DNA of 64,000 bases from Candidatus Amesbacteria bacterium (lineage in GTDB: Bacteria > Patescibacteriota > Microgenomatia > CAZETR01 > Amesbacteraceae). The first letter of the stretch is position 1. Every line of letters starts with the position of its first letter. Positions 52,412-61,619 of this stretch are shown piece after piece. The stretch spans positions 1,793-65,792 of the forward strand of contig CAVTQH010000004.1 of assembly GCA_963736875.1 (NCBI GenBank). The letters run 5' to 3'. A model generated the notes under the pieces. It did no database searches. It saw nothing but the letters and a program-made list of their open reading frames with translations, and was not told where the DNA came from. A program made the translations under genes and the position numbers.

Positions 52412-53633
52412 AACAACTATCTCTAATGTTTCCTGGTCGGCGGGGCAGCGGTGGTCAATCCGCGGACTGACATTTATCCGGATTGCCATCCTGGCCAGAT
52501 TGCTTTTACCTTCTCAATTCGGTTTGGTAAGTATTGCCACTTTGGTTTTGGGATTTTTGGAAATCTTTACCGAGACATGGATAAATGTATTCCTGATACA
52601 GGAAAAAGACGACATCGCGCCCTTTTTAAACACTGCCTGGATTATTTCAATTATCCGGGGAAGCCTTATCGGATTGATAATCATTTTGTTTTCCCCCCTG
52701 ATTTCCGCTTTTTTTCATTCCCCCGCTTCATTACCGATTATTATGACCATAGCTTTGGTACCGGTAATCCGGGGTTTTATTAATCCATCTGTTGTAAATT
52801 TACAGAAAAATTTACTTTTTAAAAAGGAGTTTGCATATAAATTATTTCTGTTCTTTATCGATGCTTTTTCCACCGTCATCCTGGCTATTTTAACTCGTCA
52901 CCCTATCAGTCTGGTTTTGGGTATGTTAATCAGTGCCGTATTTGAAGTGTTTATATCATTTATCTACTTCAGACCGCTGCCGAAATTGTTATGGGAACGG
53001 ATCAAGGCAATTCAAATCCTTCAGCGTAGTAAATGGATTACCATGGCGGGAATTTTTGATTATCTTTATCGATTCGGAGACAATTTGGCAGTGGGACGGA
53101 TGCTGGGAACCTCGAGTTTGGGTCTTTACGATTATGCATATAAAATTTCCGGGACTCCGGTTTCGGAAATCAGCGACGTAGTAGCCCGGGTCTCATTCCC
53201 GGTCTTTGTCAAGATGAATCAGGATCCGGTTCGTTTAAAAAAAGCCTTTTTCAAGACCACTTTAACCGTCTGTTCCGTTTCTACACTGATTGGCTTGGGA
53301 CTTTTTGTTTTTGCCCGGCCGGTGGTGTTAATTGTTTTGGGTACGGAATGGGCTCCGGCCATTCCTGTATTGAGAGTTCTTTCCATATGCGGTGTAGCTA
53401 AATCAATTACCGGATCGGTCTATCCCTTACTGCTAGCTGCAAAAAGAAACGACTACATTACCTGGATCACCTTTGTTGGGGTAATGGGAATGGGGGTAAG
53501 TATCGTACCCCTGATTTCCTGGTTGGGAATTGTGGGTGCCGGAGTCGCAGCTATCATAGGTTCTTTTTCCTCCCTGCCTTTGTCCTTATATTATGTTAAT
53601 AAAATTTTTAAATCTAAACAGCAGCCGCAATAG
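52398..53633 (+). CDS. Wzx-type oligosaccharide flippase (polysaccharide biosynthesis protein family)
   Basis: 411 aa with about 12 TM. The N-terminus RGLTFIRIAILARLLLPSQFGLVSIA is typical of Wzx/RfbX. Confidence 0.7.
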   Translation: MGYFKTTISNVSWSAGQRWSIRGLTFIRIAILARLLLPSQFGLVSIATLVLGFLEIFTETWINVFLIQEKDDIAPFLNTAWIISIIRGSLIGLIIILFSPLISAFFHSPASLPIIMTIALVPVIRGFINPSVVNLQKNLLFKKEFAYKLFLFFIDAFSTVILAILTRHPISLVLGMLISAVFEVFISFIYFRPLPKLLWERIKAIQILQRSKWITMAGIFDYLYRFGDNLAVGRMLGTSSLGLYDYAYKISGTPVSEISDVVARVSFPVFVKMNQDPVRLKKAFFKTTLTVCSVSTLIGLGLFVFARPVVLIVLGTEWAPAIPVLRVLSICGVAKSITGSVYPLLLAAKRNDYITWITFVGVMGMGVSIVPLISWLGIVGAGVAAIIGSFSSLPLSLYYVNKIFKSKQQPQ

Positions 53634-54718
53634 GTTAAGATTTTTAGTACTTCTGGTTTTATTAAATCTGATCTTATGCCTGGTGCATATCACGGATTGG
53701 GCACCTTTATCCGCCGACCAGATATGGTTTTATAACACAGCCAAAGAAAGTTTGTTTCACGGAGGTTTTCCTTTGGTTTACGGCTTAAGGTCAAGCATCT
53801 ACTGGCTGCACCATGGCGCCTTTTGGTTATACGTTCTTATACCGGCTTTGCCGTTAACAAATTTCCATCCGCTCACAGCTTCTTTCATGACCGTTTTTTT
53901 AAATCTTCTTAATATCCCTCTGATTTATTACTTTTCAGGTTTATTGTTTGGTAAAAAAAAGGCCGTTATCTCTGCTTTTTTAATATCATTTTTTAATTAT
54001 TCAATTGTTTTGTCCCGCCTGGGAAATCACATTTCTCTGATCCCTTTGTTATGGTTGATTTTCGCTTTATGTTTGATTAAAAAAAGATACTTTCTTTCTG
54101 GTCTCTTTTTGGGATTTTTATACCAGACACACCTTTTTGCGTTTATTTACTGGCCGGCGGCAATTTTATATTTGCTTTATAAAAAAGCCCCGCTATCCGG
54201 TTTTATTACCGGTTCGGTTATCGGAATTATTCCCTTTATAATTTCCGGACCCATCCAGACATTCGGGATTGTTGTCTGGCTGATGAAATATCTTCTGACT
54301 CTTAGAAATTTTTCGGGTGCATCCAATTCCCAAATGCTGATATTTCTGATTCCGGTAATGGTGGCTTTAGCTGTAGTTCTCTCACGGTTAAAGGGCAGAT
54401 TTATTGGTAATTTTGGGTGCGGTATATATTGTTTTTAACGTCCACTACCTGATATCCTGCAGATATACTCCCTGGTCAATTTTTTATAGTATCAATTACG
54501 GCCAAAAACTGCGGATAAGCAGAGAGATTTTGCAGAAAAGCCGTTTGAGTTCACCTGAAATAATAGTTCCGGGTGGATTACCCGATGCCAGCAATTCTTA
54601 TTCGGAACCCTATAAATACATTATCTGGTGGCTGCAAAGACGTGGAGAAAAGCCTTCGGGAACATATTCAAAATTTATAGTTGACGAAAACACTTTATCA
54701 GTGAAGATGTTAGAATAA
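53593..54718 (+). CDS. GT-C fold membrane glycosyltransferase (ArnT/PMT-like), frameshift near 54410
   Basis: Polytopic. First loop SADQIWFYNTAKESL (DxxxxxxA-type motif). The C-terminal soluble part is in ORF 54404-54718. Confidence 0.5.
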
Positions 54719-54723
54719 TTCCG

Positions 54724-55485
54724 ATGCTGACAGGTGTAGTAATTGCCAGAAATGAGGAAAAAAACCTGTCCTTGTGTCTCCCCGGATTGAAATTTTGTTC
54801 GGAAGTTCTGGTGATTGATAACAATTCAGCTGATTATACCAGGCGGGAAGCACAAAAATTCAAAGTCCGGGTAATCGGGTCTTTGATCGAAAATGATTAT
54901 GCGGCTCTCAGAAATTATGCCCTGGAACAGGTAAAAACAAAGTGGGTACTGTTTGTTGATGCGGATGAAATCGTCAGTCCCCAATTAGCAGAAGAAATTA
55001 TTTCGGCAATCCAAAAACCCGGATATGTGGGTTTCTATCTTCCGCGTACGGATTTTCTCTGGGGAAAACCTTTGAATCATGGTGATGTCGGTTCGGTCAG
55101 GCTTCTCCGGTTGGGCAGAAGGGGAGCCGGGCAGTGGCAGGGAAAAGTCCACGAAACGTGGCAAATATCGGGTCTGGTCGGTCACCTTGACCACCCGCTT
55201 CAACACCACCCTCATCCTTCCGTTAAAGAATTTATATCATCCGTAAACCGGTATTCCGGACTTCGTTCAGAAGAACTTAAAACACTGGGAGTAAAAAGCA
55301 ATATTTTCCAGATACTTTTTTATCCGCCGTTAAAGTTTTTTTATTTGTGGATTATTAAGAAGGGTTTCCTTGACGGAACAGCCGGTTTTATCCACGCCAT
55401 GATCATGGCTTTTTACAGTTTCCTGGTTCGCTCTAAGTTGTATTTTCTAAATCGAAATATTTCTACGAGCGCGGTTTCGGAATGA
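54724..55485 (+). CDS. family 2 glycosyltransferase (KdtX/WaaE-like), paralogue of 6837-7589
   Basis: LTGVVIARNEEKNLSLCLPGL...VLVIDNNSADYT...LFVDADE. Confidence 0.7.
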   Translation: MLTGVVIARNEEKNLSLCLPGLKFCSEVLVIDNNSADYTRREAQKFKVRVIGSLIENDYAALRNYALEQVKTKWVLFVDADEIVSPQLAEEIISAIQKPGYVGFYLPRTDFLWGKPLNHGDVGSVRLLRLGRRGAGQWQGKVHETWQISGLVGHLDHPLQHHPHPSVKEFISSVNRYSGLRSEELKTLGVKSNIFQILFYPPLKFFYLWIIKKGFLDGTAGFIHAMIMAFYSFLVRSKLYFLNRNISTSAVSE

Positions 55486-56670
55486 AATATCTTTCCCGGT
55501 CGGTAATAGTTTTGCTAATATCAGCCTTCTGTCTGGGAAATCTGTATAAAATAACCTTTTTATTTCCTGACATTCACGCCACACTATTGGATTTGGTAAT
55601 CTTCACATCCACATTAACCGTGATATTAGTAAACCCCAGGGATTATGTAGTCAATTTTAAAACCTATGGCGTATTGATAAGACCGTTTATGTATTTTTTA
55701 GGTGTGGCTGCAATAAGTCTTGTTTTTTCGTTATCCAGATTCGGAATCCAGGCCTTTTTCGTAGGAAGTCTTTATTGGTTAAGGTTCGCATTTTACGGCG
55801 GTTATTTTCTTGTATTGAAAACGTTATTATCCGCAAAGGAGCAGAGGGTTCTTTTTTTGGGATTGGGAGGGATTATTTTGGTTACAAGTCTTACCCAATA
55901 CATATTATTTCCCGACGTTCGGCACCTTCAGATTGCAGAGTGGGATCCTCATTATTTCCGGGTAGTGGGATCGCTTCTGGACCCCGGATTTGTCAGCATA
56001 ATTCTGGTATTTTTTACTAATCTACATATATATCCATCCGGTAAAAAACTCCATTTTAAATAAATTAATAATATCTGTCGGTTATCTTTGTTTTGCCCTG
56101 ACATACTCGCGCACCGGCTTTATTGCTCTTTTTGCAGCTTCCGCATTTTATTCCCAGTCGATTAAATCCTGGCGTTTTATCTTAATTACCTCAATCATTT
56201 TGATAAGTACCCTGCTAATCCTGCCCCGTGCGCCCGGCGGTGAAGGGGTAAAACTCGAACGGACCAGTTCCGTCAAAGCCAGGTTGCTAAACTGGCAGAA
56301 TTCAGCCTCCATATTTGTAAAAAATCCGATTCTGGGAGTGGGATTTAACACATATCGTTATGCCCAAAAACAAGCAGGTTTTCTGGACACCTCAAAATGG
56401 CTGAAATCACACGCGGGGGCGGGTGCGGATTCTTCACTTTTGTTTATTGCTGCCACTACGGGAACCGTAGGCTTCATCTTTTTTATCCGGTATCTGAAAT
56501 CAGTTTGGAAAATATCATCGGCAGGTTTGTTTCTCCGGGCTTCTTTAGTAGCCTTGTTTTTTCACTCCTTTTTCTTAAATTCCCTTTTTTATCCTTTTGT
56601 ATTAATCTGGGTATCCCTGATGTTGGCTACGGTAAAAAATCCCGAAACTAAGGCTGATAGATTACGGTAA
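55482..56670 (+). CDS. O-antigen ligase-like (Wzy_C) membrane protein, frameshift(s) near 56050
   Basis: N-terminal ORF 55482-56063 (TM-rich). The C-terminal ORF 56200-56670 and a third frame read ALTYSRTGFIALFAAS...NPILGVGFNTYRY. Confidence 0.5.
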
Positions 56671-57368
56671 TTTCCTTTTGATTTATGTTGCCGGCTTTAT
56701 TTACGGCTGACACCTTTAATTTGTTTTCTCCGGGAGAAAGGCCCAATTGATGGCGAAAACGGCCGTCTGTTGCCACAATTATCACCCGTTCATTTATTGT
56801 TAGCCTGACATCGGGATCCGTCAGGCCTGTAATCTCGATTTTAGAGTTGTTGCCGGTAATGACTTGGCCGGTAATAGGTTTTTCAATTATTAATTTCGGT
56901 TCTTTTAATGAAAATCCGATATTCAGTTCATTCGACGGTTGACTTCTGTTTCCGGCGGTATCTACAGCTACCGCAATAAATTCATTATATCCCGTCGGTT
57001 AAAAGCACTTGGGAAAATTCAAACTCTCCGTTTTCAGATGTAACCACACTTTTGGGAGAATTTGAATTTTGAGTTAAAAAAACCATAGATCCTGGTTCGG
57101 CAATTCCCCGTAGTGTTAAATTGGCACTGTTGGTGGCCTCAAATCTGGAAATAAATACCGGGGGGCTTGGAGGGATAAAATCGGTTTTTTCTACCGGTCT
57201 CCCTGACGAATTCAGTTGGGTAATGAATAAAAACATCCTGGTTAAGACCTTAAATCCGAAAAATACTGATAGGCCGATTATTAAGACAGATCCGAAAATC
57301 AGTTGTATGGCTCTGATTTTATTTCTTTTTTCTTCCAGTCTTTGCCAGCGGGTATAAGGTTTAGCCAT
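56648..57368 (-). CDS. membrane-anchored protein with two bacterial Ig-like repeats (frameshift near 56995)
   Basis: ORF 56985-57368 has a TM (IQLIFGSVLIIGLSVFF). The downstream minus-strand frame reads ...NEFIAVAVDTAGNRSQPS...LKVSAVNKAGNINQKEITVI (Big-like repeats). Confidence 0.35.
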
Positions 57369-57433
57369 AAATATTAGATTGGTTTTCTATATTTTATTCC
57401 TTAAGCTAAAATAATGCCAAGGCAACGGGTTTT

Positions 57434-57505
57434 GCCGAAGTGGCTCAATGGCAGAGCAAGGGTATCGTAAACCCTAGGTTGGGAGTTCGATTCTCCCCTT
57501 CGGCT
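57434..57505 (+). tRNA. tRNA-Thr (anticodon CGU)
   Basis: Acceptor GCCGAAG/CTTCGGC, D-stem GCTC/GAGC, anticodon stem AGGGT/ACCCT with loop ATCGTAA, T-arm GGGAG-TTCGATT-CTCCC, discriminator U. 72 nt, no CCA. Confidence 0.85.
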
Positions 57506-57506
57506 C

Positions 57507-58307
57507 ATGTCTCAGGATAAATATTCTGCTGTCTGGGTTTCTCACTCGTCTCTTGGTGATTATCTCAAATGTCCGAGATCATATTACCTCAAAAATATTT
57601 ACCGTAATCCAGAAACAAACAAAAAAATCAGTATCACTTCTCCGGCACTTTCTTTGGGCCAGACGGTTCATGAAGTCGTCGAATCCCTGTCACAATTACC
57701 GTCATCCGGGCGTTTTTCCTCACCTCTGGAAAACAAGTACAAAACCGCCTGGAAAAAAGTATCCGGTAAAAAAGGCGGCTTTAAAGACCCCGACACCGAA
57801 AACGACTACTTCGAAAAAGGTTTAGCCATGCTTATCCGTCTTCAGAATAATCCCGGTCCCTTGTTGCATAAAACCATTAAAATCAGACAGCCGCTACCTT
57901 ACTATTGGCTTTCACAGGACGAAAACATCATTTTATGCGGCAAAATTGACTGGCTGGAGTATTTGGAAGCCTCCGACGAAGTAAATATTATTGACTTTAA
58001 AACCGGAAAATATGACGAGGACCCAGATTCACTGCAGCTGCCTATCTATCTTCTTCTGGTGACTCACTGCCAGTCGAAGAAAGTCTCACAAGCCTACTAC
58101 TGGTATCTGGAACGTGACAATAATCCGAAAGCGGTAATTCTTCCGGATCAGGAATCAGCTCATGTCCGGGTATTAAACTTGGCTAAAAAAGTGGCTTTGG
58201 CCAGAAAATTGAATCATTTCCCATGCCCCAAAGAAGGTGGATGCAGATCCTGCCACCCTTTTGAGCAGGTAATTTCCGGTCAGGCTGAACTGGTGAGGTA
58301 TCAATGA
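57507..58307 (+). CDS. Cas4-like PD-(D/E)XK nuclease with 4-Cys cluster (RecB-family nuclease domain)
   Basis: 266 aa. N-terminal Cys (DYLKCPRSYY), GKIDWLEY...IIDFKTGK (D...D/ExK), QLPIYLL (QxxxY), and C-terminal CPKEGGCRSC, matching the Cas4/AddB Cx...CxxCx(n)C pattern. Confidence 0.6.
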   Translation: MSQDKYSAVWVSHSSLGDYLKCPRSYYLKNIYRNPETNKKISITSPALSLGQTVHEVVESLSQLPSSGRFSSPLENKYKTAWKKVSGKKGGFKDPDTENDYFEKGLAMLIRLQNNPGPLLHKTIKIRQPLPYYWLSQDENIILCGKIDWLEYLEASDEVNIIDFKTGKYDEDPDSLQLPIYLLLVTHCQSKKVSQAYYWYLERDNNPKAVILPDQESAHVRVLNLAKKVALARKLNHFPCPKEGGCRSCHPFEQVISGQAELVRYQ

Positions 58308-58347
58308 TTACGGACAGGAGATATATTTTTTGTAGCGGTAATAATAA

Positions 58348-59712
58348 ATGATTAAAAGATTAATAAATATCCTTTTAATCGGAATCGTTTTCATAACCGC
58401 CTTTAATTGGCGACATATTGCCCTCAATATTGGCATATTAGAAGATGAAATATACATTACAGGTACCGGTTCAATGTACCCCACATTTCCCAAGGGTAAG
58501 GGTGAAAACCCGGTTGAGTTAGCCCGTGAAACTGTTGCCTGGCCTAAAATGCGCCGATATCCGGGTGGAATATTACTTTTTAACACCAGGTATTTTGGGT
58601 ATCAGCTTCAGCAAGGAGATATTGTCAGCTTTTCCAACCAGATTACCCGGAAACTGACCGTGGATGAAACCGGAAGGGAAGCCGGATTAGTAAAACGGGT
58701 AATTGCTCTCGGCGGCGATACCGTGGAGATACGCGACGGTTTCGTCCGGTTAAACGGTAAGGAGATCGCAGAACCTTATACCGCTCTGGGGAGATCCACC
58801 TTCGGAGGTTCTTTTTTACCCGACTGCCGGATCTTCATCATCCCTCCCGGCCAGGCGTTTGTCATGGGAGACAACCGCAAAGGAAGCAGTGACTCACGCC
58901 ACGAATTGGGGATTATCTCCCTATCAGATATCGATCATGTCATTCCGTATCAGGAGCAGCAGGAATTTCAATCCCTGTGGCGGGATGCTTCCAAAGACTA
59001 CCTGCTGGCAAATAAACCGTTCCTTGATACTGACCAGTACCTCAGCCTGCTTAACCAAAAACGTCTGGATAATTCCTCAAAACCGCTGAAATACCAGTCT
59101 CTTTTAGAAACATCGGCACGAAAAAGAGCCGATGTCATAATAAAATATGACGATTTATCCTATGAAGCCACAAAAAGCGGCTTCACCATGGAAAAGGCGA
59201 TGCAGTCAGTCGGGTATTCAAATATTGTCTGGGGGGAAGCTCCGACACTGGGTTACTATACGGCGGAAGAGCTTTTAGAAAACTTCTTCCAGTTTCCTGA
59301 GTCCAAAAAGTTTATTATGCAAAAAGACTTTCAGGAAACCGGTATTGTAGCTAAAGTGGGGGAAATTAACGGTTGCCCGGTTCAGGTGATAGTCCAGCAT
59401 TTTGCCGGTTATGTTCCCCCAAACTATAGCCAGGAGGTCATAAACAGCTGGAAAAAGGCATTAGAGGGTCTTAAATCAGCCTATCCCAGCTGGCAGAAGA
59501 TCAAAGAGTATCCCCGGGAATACGCAGCCCATAAAAGCGATTATGATGAAATACTGGGTCTTTTTGGCCAGAGGATTGACCGACTGACAGCTATTGTTTC
59601 CCGGATGCAGGCCAACCAGTGGCTGACCGACGCGGAGGAGAAGTGGGTAGAACAGGACAATGACCTGGCTAAAAGATTGGAAGAATTGACTGAGAAACTG
59701 AATAAAAACTGA
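58348..59712 (+). CDS. signal peptidase I fused to a C-terminal extension (possible CAP/YkwD-like domain plus coiled coil)
   Basis: TM, then GTGSMYPTF (Ser), KRVIALGGD (Lys), GDNRKGSSDSR. The C-terminal ~250 aa include SVGYSNIVWGEAPTLGYYTAEELLENFF...VQVIVQHFAG, resembling CAP/SCP domains. Second SPase I in the window. Confidence 0.6.
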   Translation: MIKRLINILLIGIVFITAFNWRHIALNIGILEDEIYITGTGSMYPTFPKGKGENPVELARETVAWPKMRRYPGGILLFNTRYFGYQLQQGDIVSFSNQITRKLTVDETGREAGLVKRVIALGGDTVEIRDGFVRLNGKEIAEPYTALGRSTFGGSFLPDCRIFIIPPGQAFVMGDNRKGSSDSRHELGIISLSDIDHVIPYQEQQEFQSLWRDASKDYLLANKPFLDTDQYLSLLNQKRLDNSSKPLKYQSLLETSARKRADVIIKYDDLSYEATKSGFTMEKAMQSVGYSNIVWGEAPTLGYYTAEELLENFFQFPESKKFIMQKDFQETGIVAKVGEINGCPVQVIVQHFAGYVPPNYSQEVINSWKKALEGLKSAYPSWQKIKEYPREYAAHKSDYDEILGLFGQRIDRLTAIVSRMQANQWLTDAEEKWVEQDNDLAKRLEELTEKLNKN

Positions 59713-59768
59713 GCGGGATAGGGGAGTCGGACCCCTCTCTTCACCTTGGGAAGGTGGCGTTGAGCCGA

Positions 59769-60161
59769 TCAACTAATCCCGCTTTCCCAAAATTTTATCA
59801 CCTTTATCCTCAATAATTCTTGCTCTTTATTCCAGGCTTCCTCTATCATTTTCCAATATTCAATCAGTAGGTAGCTCGGTATCTTTGAGGCCAGTCTATC
59901 TTGGTCTTCAGCTTCAAGCCAACATAATTTTTTGGCCAGTCTTTCTGTGTTTAATTTCCTAAGACTGACTGTGGAAAGCTTGTTAAAAGTATGAAATTCC
60001 TGATAAAGCTTTGACACAGGAAGGGACTTAGCCAGATAATCCCCTGTCATGGCAAGCAAAGCGTTGGCATACATAGCCTCGATCCACGGCTGTGGCGGCT
60101 GTTCCTGAAGTAAGGCTGTTTTTATAAGAGGAACTAAAACTTTCTTTTCCTTATCGCCCAT
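59769..60161 (-). CDS. hypothetical protein (130 aa)
   Basis: ORF only; helical composition. Confidence 0.3.
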   Translation of the reverse strand: MGDKEKKVLVPLIKTALLQEQPPQPWIEAMYANALLAMTGDYLAKSLPVSKLYQEFHTFNKLSTVSLRKLNTERLAKKLCWLEAEDQDRLASKIPSYLLIEYWKMIEEAWNKEQELLRIKVIKFWESGIS

Positions 60162-60162
60162 T

Positions 60163-60705
60163 TTACCTACAGATTATCGTCAGCTTCAGGCCAGGTACAA
60201 TTACCGATGGATTTACTATATTATTATCAGTGGCTATAATCTTCCACATAAATCCATTTCCGCAATTAGTCTGCGCGATATTCCACAAATTATCCCCTTT
60301 GACAACAGTATGTTCAATTTTCTTGATTTCCAACTGAGGCAAGGTTATTTTGGTATCCACTTCAAGCAAGTTGGGATTTGTGATAACCGTTTTGTTTGCT
60401 TCGTACACTTTTGACCATTCGTATCCCGAACCGTAAGCGGCTTTGGCAATTTTCCACAGATTGTCACCCTTTTTCACTGTATATTCCGAAGGCAATCCTT
60501 CCTTTACCACCTCTTCGACCGTCATTTGTTTCTTCTGCTCGGCTATCTGTTCGGTGGAAAGAGAGGAGGTCTGTCCTTTGTCAACTTTATTTACGGACCT
60601 GAAGTAATTGAAGATCAGCACTCCAACCAGAATAAAAATCAACGCAGTCAAAACATTGCTCACGCTACTCTCGTTTAATTTAAGATTTTTTAAAATATCT
60701 TTCAC
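60163..60705 (-). CDS. membrane-anchored protein with two LysM domains
   Basis: TM (VLTALIFILVGVLIF), then YTVKKGDNLWKIAKAAYG...ITLP and HTVVKGDNLWNIAQTNCG...LKLTI. Confidence 0.75.
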   Translation of the reverse strand: MKDILKNLKLNESSVSNVLTALIFILVGVLIFNYFRSVNKVDKGQTSSLSTEQIAEQKKQMTVEEVVKEGLPSEYTVKKGDNLWKIAKAAYGSGYEWSKVYEANKTVITNPNLLEVDTKITLPQLEIKKIEHTVVKGDNLWNIAQTNCGNGFMWKIIATDNNIVNPSVIVPGLKLTIICR

Positions 60706-60812
60706 TTCGTCCTTCCCGGGCAGAGAGTTCTGCCGCGAATATAATACGACATGAAGTAATTTGCAAGTACTTCTATTTAAGTTAAAATAATAAACTGCTG
60801 GTTAATCATTTT

Positions 60813-60887
60813 GGAGCCGTAGCTCAGTCTGGTTAGAGCGATGCCCTGTCAAGGCATAGGTCGCGGGTTCGAGCCCCGTCGGCTCCG
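60813..60887 (+). tRNA. tRNA-Asp (anticodon GUC)
   Basis: Acceptor GGAGCCG/CGGCTCC, anticodon stem ATGCC/GGCAT with loop CTGTCAA, T-arm GCGGG-TTCGAGC-CCCGT, discriminator G. Confidence 0.85.
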
Positions 60888-61004
60888 CAAAACGGAATAG
60901 GGTGCGCCTGATGTGGAATATTGCAGTATATCGACAAATAACCGGTGAAATAAATTACATGGAGTAAATTTGATTTGTGATTTATCAAGCAGTACAATGC
61001 CGCG

Positions 61005-61517
61005 ATGGGTAGAAAAGAAGACCTAAATCCCAGCCCAATATTATTTGAAGTAAGTTCTGAAGTTACTATTCCCGGTGGTGAATTTATCGATCCGGTTTAT
61101 AAACATTTAGGACACGAAGGGTATCCTGTTCTTTTTTCGGCAGAACGTAGTCGGATATTGAGTGAACATGGGATAACACTGAAAAAATTAGAATCAGACT
61201 ATCAAATAAGGGCGTTTGTACGAAAACTGAATGTAGATTACAAAACTCCTGTTAAGGAAGGGGATAGGGTAACACTAATAACGTCAGCCACTCAACCCCG
61301 CGATATTGAGATTATTTTTCACCATGAAATGAGAACCGGGAAGACTCTAGATGCCAGTTCGGATTGCTCTTATATTGTTTTGGATTTACTGAATAAGCCG
61401 ATTAGTGTACCTCCAGAACTTCTTGAAGAATTGAATAATATTCGAAACGGGACACGAAAAGTAGAATTAATTGCATCAAGCCTTCATTACGTCGAGCAAG
61501 ATTGGAACTTCGGGTAA
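61005..61517 (+). CDS. hotdog-fold (4HBT/YbgC-like) acyl-CoA thioesterase
   Basis: FIDPVYKHLGHEGYPVLFSAERSRILSEHG...KEGDRVTLITSATQPRDIEIIFHHEM fits the 4HBT pattern. Confidence 0.5.
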   Translation: MGRKEDLNPSPILFEVSSEVTIPGGEFIDPVYKHLGHEGYPVLFSAERSRILSEHGITLKKLESDYQIRAFVRKLNVDYKTPVKEGDRVTLITSATQPRDIEIIFHHEMRTGKTLDASSDCSYIVLDLLNKPISVPPELLEELNNIRNGTRKVELIASSLHYVEQDWNFG

Positions 61518-61619
61518 AATCGATTCGGGGATAAACCATCACTGGCATAGCAGGAATAAATTAAGAATAAACTTCGTGACTCCTTTGGTTTTTTTGTTTA
61601 AACCAGATAAACTAAAGAT

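Noticed and set aside
60706-60735. Hairpin GGCAGA-GAGT-TCTGCC
   Set aside because: It lies upstream (5') of the minus-strand LysM gene and is not followed by a U-tract on either strand. It is unlikely to be a terminator.
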